This document shows positions 28,307-36,273 of a stretch of 64,000 nucleotides of DNA, piece by piece; positions within the stretch are counted from its first letter, which is position 1; each line of letters starts with the position of its first letter. This DNA comes from Myxococcota bacterium (GTDB lineage Bacteria > Myxococcota_A > SURF-8), in contig OZ223209.1 in assembly GCA_965140415.1 (NCBI GenBank), positions 4,512,001 through 4,576,000 on the forward strand, given 5' to 3'. The notes under the pieces are model-generated. The model saw only the letters and a program-made list of their open reading frames with translations. It was not told the origin of the DNA and did not search any database. The position numbers were made by a program, and so were the translations under genes.

Positions 28307-31300
28307 TCATCCTTTTTTCTCGCCCGTCGGCGGCTGTTCAGCAGGAGCCTCTTCCACATCCTTGGGCTTAACAGGTTCATGTTTTTTACCGTTATCCATC
28401 GGCAACGGCGATGTCACCTGCATGCGCGGTCGTGTCATTTCACGTTTGCGCAGCTTACCCACACCGGAAATCATAGTCGTCAGATTCGGACGATTCATGG
28501 CGTCCATCAGTCGCTTCCACCAATCCGAAGTAAACAATTTCGCTTGCTTACCCACTTCGAAGGCTTCCATGTACTGATCCGCCGCCTGCTTGTAGAAAGG
28601 CCGCGCCTGATCCGTCAACGCCTGCTGGTACATCAGCACCGCATCTTCGCCCAGTTTCTTGATTTCACGCGGGATCGGCGCGTCAAACAGGGCATCGGCG
28701 AACAATTCCACCGTTTCGGCTTTACGATAACGGGTAGCCAGCAGATATTCGGGGCTACGATAATCCATGACCGTGTTGTACTTCTTGATCAATTCATACA
28801 TGCCCTCTTCCTTCTTTTTGAAGGATTCGGCCATTTTCTTCTGATTGCGTCCACCGATCCGAATCGCCAGATACTTCTCGCGTTCCAGTTCGATCAGACG
28901 GAACTGAGCTGCTGCCGCCATCTGGTTGGAAAGATAATCCGTCTGGATGGTTTCATGAGTCTTGAAGAAGTCCAGAGCTTTTTCGAAATACTTGACGCCG
29001 CCTTTGCGGTTTTTGCGCTTGAATTCGGCTTCACCGATCTTGAAATAAGCCTGCATGACGTAGCGGTGGTTTTGCGGCTGGTTGCCATAGCGCTTGATGA
29101 ACTCGTTATAAACGCGATCCATGTTACGCCAGTCTTCCAGTTTCCCATACAAGTCACCCGCCGTAAACAGTACCGTGGGGGCATCCTTCTCCACCGCCTC
29201 GCACTGGTCGGCGTATTTCCGGTAAATGCTGGCCGCCTGGCGATACTCGCGGTTGAATTCCTTCAACTGCGCGTGGTTGATGATCGCCGCGCATTTACGC
29301 TTGGGATCGATATTGGGATACTTGGTGTACAACCGTTCGTACGCTTTGCTGGCGTAATCGAGATTGAATGATTCGTAGGCGCTATCCGCCACGAAGTACA
29401 ACGCATCGGGCGCATCGGGCGCATCGGGGAACTCGTCCACCATGCGCTGGAACAATTTCATTGCGGTAGCCGGACGATTCGCCATCGAGTAGTTAACGGC
29501 GGCGTTATACAACAGCTTCGGCGCGTTCTCGCTCTTGGTGTCCTGCTCGGCAGCCTTCAGGAACTGCTTGGCTGCTTTTTCGTATTCCTTGCGCTGCTGT
29601 AGTTCAACCGCGTATTGGGCGATGGCGTTGCCCTCGATCACCTTCAACTCGGCGCGCATCTTGTCGCGCTCTTCGGTCGACCCCAACTCCAACGAAGCCA
29701 GCTTCTCGGACCATTCGGTAACCTTCACCCAGTCTTCTGCCAGGTAGTAGGTATCGATAATCCGGCGGGCTGCACGCGGAGCGAACTTGCTCTTGGGGAA
29801 TTTATCGACGATTTCGATGTAACGGTTACGCGCTTCTTCCAAATGGTCGTACTCGAAATAGATACCCGCGATATTCCAGGCGATGGTCTCCAGATCGGTC
29901 GCCTTTTTACCCTTGGCATTTTTCACGTAGAACTCGCCGGCAGCAATGTACTTCTGCTGCAACTCGGGAATCTCACGTTTTTCGATCTTGCCTTTAAGCC
30001 GCTCACGCTGCATCTTTTCGGCTTCTTCGTCGGTGACTTCGATGTCGCCGCCTTTGGTGCCGATCATGTTGTCGTAACAGATCACGACCGAATAAGCCGC
30101 CTCGTTGAAGTATTTGTCGTCCAGTTTGCTGTCGCGCACCTTAAGGTATTCAACCACAGCCTCTTTGTAACTTCCGCCATAGAACAAAGCTTCAGCCAGG
30201 TTGAAGTTCAGCTCGTAAGCCTGTTTGTCATGCGGGAATTTTTCCAAAAACTTCCGGTAAGCTTTGGCGGCGCGTGCATAGTAAATGGTTGCTTCCGCCA
30301 CCTTGTTTTCGCTGCGGAATTTCTGCGCCTGCAAATTCTGGAACAACGCCCATTGCTTCAAGGAGTTCAGCGCCAGTTCCGAAGCGATCTTAAGCGCTTC
30401 CGGGTCGTCGGCGTTCTGAATCTGCCACTGGCTCCCCTCGCCGTAATCGGAAACGAGCTTTTCACGCTCGGTATTCTGTCTCTCTTCGTCGCGCAATCCA
30501 TAGAAATAGATCTGGATGATCTTGTTCTGTAGTTCGGGATTCTCGCGATTCCAGGGATCTTTCTTGAGCACCCGTTTATAAGCGGCTACCGCTTCTCCCC
30601 ATTTGGTCTGCTGGGTGAAGTAATCACCCAACTGCCGGAACACATCCGCTTCCCAGGGACGATTTCCCAGTCCGTCGAAGAAGAGTTCGGCGTTGCCTTC
30701 ACCGGCATTGGGCCAGTAATCCGTGCCTTGCGCATAGCAGTAGGCGATGTACTTGACGGCTTCATCCCGGAAGTAGGAATGTCGCCCGTCTTTCTTGAGC
30801 ATTTCCTCGGAATAGTCGTTGACCTTGGCGAAGGTCCGGATCGAATCGTCGAAACGGCTGAGAATAAAATAGGTGGATGCCAACTTGTACAGGATCTGAT
30901 CGTAGAAGATCGATTCCGTGAAACGCGACGCTTCCCTCAACGCTTCCATAGCGGGCATGTAATTCATTTCGTTGAAGTAGGCATCGCCGATTCTCAAATA
31001 AGCTTCCGCCACGTACTCGCTCTCCGGACGACTGGCAATCAGATTTTCCAGAGCCCTACGCACGTCGGCGTAAGCCCGTTGTTCCTGGTAGGCATAGGCC
31101 AGCATATAATAGACAGCGTCGATGTAGCGGTAATCGGGGAATTTCTGCGCCAGCGCTTCGTATATGCGAATCGAATGACTGAAATCGGGATGCGGCGGAA
31201 TCGGTTCGTCATCCCGCAGACCTTCCTCAAACATCGTCCACTGGCGCTCATACTCCTTTAACAGGTCTTCCTGTACCAGAGCGAATTCCTTCTCCGCCTT

Positions 31301-31759
31301 TTCGTAATACAGATCGGAAAGTCGGAACATGGAATCCGGGGTGTATTTAGGTTCGTTGGGATAGAGCTTTACAAAGCGCTCCAAGGTTTCGATGGCGTCT
31401 AGGATCAACTTCAGCTCCCGGTCGTTCATCTGCTTCAAACGACCCTTGTAGCGGTCGTCGATTTCCTTGTCTTTACGCTCGAATTGAGATTCGATTACGT
31501 CGCCGATATCCTCGCCGAATTCCGTTACGCGGCGTGTGAAGCGGCGCACCGCCTCTTCCACATCCTCCTCGGCGATCTGTACATCTTCCGCCGTTGCGCT
31601 TAGTAGTTCCTGCTTGGCCGGTTCTTCATCCGCTCCGGCAGGCGCCTGCTGCGCGATTGCAGGAATGCCGAGCAGCAACAGAACACCCGTAAGCATTCCG
31701 ATCCATACCAAACGGCGCAAGGCGTTGTTTTGTTCTCCTGTCAGTCGCACCCTACTCAC
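28307..31759 (-). CDS. gltD: Large periplasmic TPR protein, GltD/AgmU-like
   Basis: Signal peptide and 1150 aa of TPRs, with C-terminal FADALFDAPIP...YQQAL..QARPF typical of AgmU-like proteins. Confidence 0.75.
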   Translation of the reverse strand: MSRVRLTGEQNNALRRLVWIGMLTGVLLLLGIPAIAQQAPAGADEEPAKQELLSATAEDVQIAEEDVEEAVRRFTRRVTEFGEDIGDVIESQFERKDKEIDDRYKGRLKQMNDRELKLILDAIETLERFVKLYPNEPKYTPDSMFRLSDLYYEKAEKEFALVQEDLLKEYERQWTMFEEGLRDDEPIPPHPDFSHSIRIYEALAQKFPDYRYIDAVYYMLAYAYQEQRAYADVRRALENLIASRPESEYVAEAYLRIGDAYFNEMNYMPAMEALREASRFTESIFYDQILYKLASTYFILSRFDDSIRTFAKVNDYSEEMLKKDGRHSYFRDEAVKYIAYCYAQGTDYWPNAGEGNAELFFDGLGNRPWEADVFRQLGDYFTQQTKWGEAVAAYKRVLKKDPWNRENPELQNKIIQIYFYGLRDEERQNTEREKLVSDYGEGSQWQIQNADDPEALKIASELALNSLKQWALFQNLQAQKFRSENKVAEATIYYARAAKAYRKFLEKFPHDKQAYELNFNLAEALFYGGSYKEAVVEYLKVRDSKLDDKYFNEAAYSVVICYDNMIGTKGGDIEVTDEEAEKMQRERLKGKIEKREIPELQQKYIAAGEFYVKNAKGKKATDLETIAWNIAGIYFEYDHLEEARNRYIEIVDKFPKSKFAPRAARRIIDTYYLAEDWVKVTEWSEKLASLELGSTEERDKMRAELKVIEGNAIAQYAVELQQRKEYEKAAKQFLKAAEQDTKSENAPKLLYNAAVNYSMANRPATAMKLFQRMVDEFPDAPDAPDALYFVADSAYESFNLDYASKAYERLYTKYPNIDPKRKCAAIINHAQLKEFNREYRQAASIYRKYADQCEAVEKDAPTVLFTAGDLYGKLEDWRNMDRVYNEFIKRYGNQPQNHRYVMQAYFKIGEAEFKRKNRKGGVKYFEKALDFFKTHETIQTDYLSNQMAAAAQFRLIELEREKYLAIRIGGRNQKKMAESFKKKEEGMYELIKKYNTVMDYRSPEYLLATRYRKAETVELFADALFDAPIPREIKKLGEDAVLMYQQALTDQARPFYKQAADQYMEAFEVGKQAKLFTSDWWKRLMDAMNRPNLTTMISGVGKLRKREMTRPRMQVTSPLPMDNGKKHEPVKPKDVEEAPAEQPPTGEKKG

Positions 31760-34070
31760 CCCTCAGCTCCTGGAAGGTGATTTTCAACTGGTCTTTTTCA
31801 TCGCTACGCTGTTCCAACAACGTATTGACTTTTTCTTTGACCTTTTGGCGTCGCTCCCAGGCGACATCCACCATACCCACATTGGCTTTGAGCACGATGT
31901 CGTGAAAGCGCTCGCGCACGTCTTTGAGATTCTGATAGGCGATCTTGGCCGCCAATTCGGAAGATTCGTTGCGGTGCTGCACCAACGTCGCTTCAAAACG
32001 TTCAAGCTCACGCTCTTCGTTTTCCACTTCCTCGATAAAGGACTTCACACGGTCCTCCACCAGCGTTTCCAGATCCGCGAAAAAGGTCTGCACCGAGCCA
32101 TCCAGCCGATCCGCTCGCCCCTTGGCTTTTTCAACTCGCTCAAACAGCGCAATACCTTCCGGCGTCAATGCGGTGCGCATTCGCTCCAGCATATCTCTTT
32201 CCTGCGCCATTGTTTCTTCCAGTTGCTTGCGGATACGCTCGTCCTGATCCCCGGCTTCATCGCCGATCTTGGCCATTTCCAGACCCTCGCGCACGGTCGA
32301 TTGCATATCTTGCAGATAGTCCAGATTCGCCTGGATTTCCGCCCGCTCACGTTCGACCTTCTCTTTGACCTCGCGCAGGTAATTCTGACTCATCTTCGGA
32401 TCGCCACGCAATTGTTCGTGACGCTCCAATATCAATGTCATTAACTGGTTAAGACCTTCCATCTGCAATTTAAGAGCATAAAGCGACTTATCGAAACTCT
32501 CCAACTGCTGCACCTGCTTGTCACGCCGCTCCATCCGCTGCTGGGCGGTTTTGGGGATCTTGGCGTAGATTTCTTCCAGGTCGCGCCGCTTCTTTTGAAT
32601 TTCCAAAAGCTTTTCGCGATCGGACTGGGTGAACTTCTCGCTGAACAACTGGTTGGTCAGGCGCGTCAACTCGCCACGAACTTCCGTCAAACCATGCTCG
32701 ACTTCCACACCGGCCTCACGGCCTTCCCGCAGGTTGGGAAACAGATTGGCTTTGCTTTCCTGGTTAAGATGCACTTTCAACGCATCGATGATCTGATGCG
32801 ATTCGGCGGCATCCTGCTGGCTCGCTTCCAGATTTCTTACCATACCCAGCGCATCGGAGACGCCTTCTTCCTGGCTGAGCCACTCCATTACGATGGGAGG
32901 CAGCGTCGTTTCACGCCCCAGCACATGTTGCTGAATCTCTTCGGCGCGCTTTCCTTCCGATTCAACCAACATGCGATCCATCGTATCCACGACTGACGCA
33001 TACTTGTTGATCACGGTTTGGAAACTGTAGTTCGCATCGGAGAAGCGCCCTTCCCACAACAGGATGTTTCCTTTTAACACCTGAGAGTCCGGCGCATAGA
33101 TCGAGCCAGGCAGCGCCAGCAGAAGAATATCCAGTGTGTTGGCGGCTTCTGCGAACTTGCCTTCTTTAATGTAGATCCAGCAGACTTCATAGTAAGCCTG
33201 ATCGAAGAAGTCACTTTTAATCGGAATGAGGCGATATAACGAAAGCGCTTCGGATGAATTTCCTTGCTCGAAAAGAATTCTGGCCACGGCCAAGGTTGCC
33301 AGTTCGCGAATCGCGATGCTGCGCTTATCGTCTCCTTCCAGAGACATCAAATCACGGAAGGTCTCCCGCGCTTCATCCAACTTGTTCTGCTGAACGAGAA
33401 TAACGCCGGCAAAGTATTCCGCTTCGGCGTACTTGTTGCTGCTCATCGGAATCTGGCGGAAAATATGAAACGCACGATCCAGATAATTTTTCTTTTGCAA
33501 TGATTTGGCGAAGGCATATTGAATCAGATCCCAGCCCTCTCCGCCTTTAGCCGTATTCAAACGATCATAATAGTCTTCGGCATCTTCGAAGCGCCCCAAT
33601 TCCACGGAGATTTCGATCAGCCGTACAATCGCATCTCTGAAATGCGGGAACATATCGCCCCGAGCCACGACTTTTTCCAAATAAGTGCGGGCGGAAATGT
33701 AATTCCGGTCCCGGGAAAACGAATCGCCCAGATACCAGATCAGGTCGTAGTATTCGGCCCGGCGTTCAATGTTGGGATAATTGATCAGATCGGAAAAAAT
33801 AATCGAGGCATGCACGAAATCGCCGTCGTTGTACAGAAAGACCGCACGCTCGAAACGGCGCGTGAAATACTCCACTCCAGACATTTCCAGCGGCTTGACA
33901 TAACGTCCGCGCATCTCGGCTACATTCGATTCCATGTAGTCGAGCCGCTTTTCCAGATCGCCAAGATCTCCGGCCATGTCGGCATGAGCCATCGGCATCC
34001 ACACGCACAGCGCGACGAAGATCCCTACGACTCCGAATACTGTATCTTGCACCCTGTCGGCAATTCGCAT
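31752..34070 (-). CDS. Exported TPR + coiled-coil protein of the Glt-like operon
   Basis: Signal peptide (AHA), TPRs, long coiled coil and C-terminal KANVGMVDVAW. Overlaps the gltD-like start. Confidence 0.7.
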   Translation of the reverse strand: MRIADRVQDTVFGVVGIFVALCVWMPMAHADMAGDLGDLEKRLDYMESNVAEMRGRYVKPLEMSGVEYFTRRFERAVFLYNDGDFVHASIIFSDLINYPNIERRAEYYDLIWYLGDSFSRDRNYISARTYLEKVVARGDMFPHFRDAIVRLIEISVELGRFEDAEDYYDRLNTAKGGEGWDLIQYAFAKSLQKKNYLDRAFHIFRQIPMSSNKYAEAEYFAGVILVQQNKLDEARETFRDLMSLEGDDKRSIAIRELATLAVARILFEQGNSSEALSLYRLIPIKSDFFDQAYYEVCWIYIKEGKFAEAANTLDILLLALPGSIYAPDSQVLKGNILLWEGRFSDANYSFQTVINKYASVVDTMDRMLVESEGKRAEEIQQHVLGRETTLPPIVMEWLSQEEGVSDALGMVRNLEASQQDAAESHQIIDALKVHLNQESKANLFPNLREGREAGVEVEHGLTEVRGELTRLTNQLFSEKFTQSDREKLLEIQKKRRDLEEIYAKIPKTAQQRMERRDKQVQQLESFDKSLYALKLQMEGLNQLMTLILERHEQLRGDPKMSQNYLREVKEKVERERAEIQANLDYLQDMQSTVREGLEMAKIGDEAGDQDERIRKQLEETMAQERDMLERMRTALTPEGIALFERVEKAKGRADRLDGSVQTFFADLETLVEDRVKSFIEEVENEERELERFEATLVQHRNESSELAAKIAYQNLKDVRERFHDIVLKANVGMVDVAWERRQKVKEKVNTLLEQRSDEKDQLKITFQELRGE

Positions 34071-34141
34071 TGTTACGTGCCCCGTCCTAACAGTTCACCT
34101 GCGCCTGGTTCTGACCGGCCATACGGATTGGCAGACCGTTC

Positions 34142-34867
34142 CTACCCTTCCACATCGCTGCCCTTGTCATCCTGCTTATCTTCGAGATTTTCTTCCTGAA
34201 GGTCGTAGAAATGAGTCTGGTATTTAACAGCCGGGCGCTCTTCAAATCGAGCAGTCGAGCCACCCTTATCGTAGCCGACGACATCGATCTTTGTGATTTT
34301 GCCTTCTTCGGCCTTGAACGTGTAAGAAGACTTCAGCTTGACCTGAATTCCTTCCACATAAACAAACACGGCGGAATGACCGCGATACACCATGTACACA
34401 GACAGCAGGTGATTTCCCGGTTGAATCGTACCGTTGTAAATTTCGATTTCCTTGTCGTTGTTCAAATCACCATCGATATCGATCTTACCGAAAATCGGAG
34501 CACCATCGAGGTAATAGGCAACGCTTTCAAGCTTGTAAACGGAGCCGATGTCATTTTTGTGGGTAATTACGGATTTGCTTCCGGCAATCACGCCATGAAG
34601 AATGGTTTCCTGCAACAACAACAAGCGGGTTTTGGAACGGAAAATTTTTTCCTTGAGCTGATTGACTTTCTCTTCCAACTGCTTCAGCTTCAACTCGTAT
34701 GCATCGTCACCGGAAGCCATGACTGGCGAGCTTTCCGGCTGTACGGCTGCCCCTTGCTCATTACCGGAAGCCTCCGGCGCTGCTTGCTGCGCCCACAGTG
34801 TCTGACATGTAAAAAGCAATGTCAGAGTAACCGCACAAATTGCAATACTCAACCGAGCTGCCCGCAT
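34142..34867 (-). CDS. Exported coiled-coil + beta-sandwich protein, first gene of the Glt-like operon
   Basis: RBS GGAGG before MRAARL, a signal peptide, coiled coil LKQLEEKVNQLKEKIFRSKTRL, then a beta-rich domain. Confidence 0.7.
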   Translation of the reverse strand: MRAARLSIAICAVTLTLLFTCQTLWAQQAAPEASGNEQGAAVQPESSPVMASGDDAYELKLKQLEEKVNQLKEKIFRSKTRLLLLQETILHGVIAGSKSVITHKNDIGSVYKLESVAYYLDGAPIFGKIDIDGDLNNDKEIEIYNGTIQPGNHLLSVYMVYRGHSAVFVYVEGIQVKLKSSYTFKAEEGKITKIDVVGYDKGGSTARFEERPAVKYQTHFYDLQEENLEDKQDDKGSDVEG

Positions 34868-34956
34868 GTTTATCCTCCCTAAGACGCCGATTCGAACGGG
34901 AATACCACACAATGTCCGAAAACACGGCAGATATCTTTGACTTTCCAACGTATCGA

Positions 34957-34985
34957 AAAATAGCAAACCCCACCGGGACTGTCAA
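34957..34985 (-). promoter_or_regulatory. Putative sigma70 promoter of the Glt-like operon
   Basis: Minus strand TTGACA-17 nt-TATTTT with an extended TG. Confidence 0.45.
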
Positions 34986-35261
34986 CGCTTTTTCCCCGGT
35001 ATGATATGTACATACGCGTCTTCTGCGTAATTGCTGACTACTACTTAGTCTCCCCTTTTCGCCTGTACCAGTATGATCTCCAACTCTAGTACTATCGGCT
35101 TACAACCACTTTAAGTTCAATCATTCTACTAAATAAGAGGGATAGCCGCAAGCAAATTAAATACAATCTGGCAAATTGGCAGAACAAGTCAGTTCTCCAT
35201 CAGTTCTCCATCGGGTTGACAAATCTCCAATATCAATTCAGAATATCGGCAGCAATCGCAA

Positions 35262-36227
35262 TTGATTCAATTTGGAGATCATTTTTTTTCGATCAAGGAG
35301 ACCTTATTGCATTCCACTTATCCACCAAAACTACAACCAGGCGATACCATCGGCCTGGTCGCTCCCAGCAGTCCCTTTTTGCGCGAACGCATGGACGTCG
35401 GCGTCAACCTGCTTGAATCACTAGGATTTAGGACAACTTACGAATCCGGTCTGTTTGAAAAAGAGGATTATCTGGCAGGAAGCGATCAACATCGCTGCCA
35501 GCAACTGCAACATCTGTTTGCAGATCCGCAGGTGCGCGCCATCTGGGCAGTTCGCGGCGGCTACGGCTCCATGCGATTGCTAACCGATTTGGATTATTCT
35601 CTCATACGACAAACTCCAAAACTTCTATTGGGCTTTTCCGATATCACCGCGCTGCATTCGGCGCTTTACACCCATGCCGGATTACCGGGTATTCACGGTC
35701 CGAATATCGGTTCGCTGCCCGATGCTTCAATTGAGCTTCGGAATCATCTATTCGCTTTGATTGCGGGCGAAACCACCGACATCGACCTCTTTCCGCAACC
35801 CCTTTCCTGCTGGAATCCAGGAACGGCGGAAGGTTGGCTGCTGCCCGCGAATCTGTCGATTTTATCGGCGCTGGGCGGCACTCCCTATCGTCCCGATCTG
35901 AATGGCGCGATCCTGCTGCTGGAAGATGTCGACGAAAGCGCCTACCGCGTGGACCGCATGCTCACTCAACTGGAACTGGCTGGAGATCTGGATCGAATTG
36001 CGGCGCTGGCGATAGGACAGTTTACAACCCAATTGAACGATCCGGAGGAGCACAAGCGTCTGGTGAAAAAGCGAATTCTGCAACTAGCGAAGCGGCATCA
36101 TCTGCCGGTGCTGGGTGATTGTCCATTCGGACATGTCAACGAAAATTATCCGATTCCGGTTGGCTTGCGCGCAAGACTCGACGCGGAGGCAGAACGTATC
36201 ACATTGTTGGATTCTCCGGTGCGCTAG
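35262..36227 (+). CDS. ldcA: LD-carboxypeptidase (peptidase S66)
   Basis: LQPGDTIGLVAPSS, YLAGSD, RGGYG, GFSDIT, LLEDV and FGH motifs. Start uncertain. Confidence 0.92.
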   Translation: MIQFGDHFFSIKETLLHSTYPPKLQPGDTIGLVAPSSPFLRERMDVGVNLLESLGFRTTYESGLFEKEDYLAGSDQHRCQQLQHLFADPQVRAIWAVRGGYGSMRLLTDLDYSLIRQTPKLLLGFSDITALHSALYTHAGLPGIHGPNIGSLPDASIELRNHLFALIAGETTDIDLFPQPLSCWNPGTAEGWLLPANLSILSALGGTPYRPDLNGAILLLEDVDESAYRVDRMLTQLELAGDLDRIAALAIGQFTTQLNDPEEHKRLVKKRILQLAKRHHLPVLGDCPFGHVNENYPIPVGLRARLDAEAERITLLDSPVR

Positions 36228-36273
36228 CCCGTACCGCTATTTGCAGTACCCTTTACGATTGGAACACCATCTC

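Noticed and set aside
27214-34882. Long plus-strand ORFs (200-360 aa) opposite the glt-like genes
   Set aside because: Antisense shadows arising from GC-rich codon bias, with no recognisable motifs or RBS.
36115-36273. Extended N-terminus of the hydrolase-Mpl ORF in the track
   Set aside because: It overlaps the ldcA 3' end; family-like sequence starts at ATG 36274.
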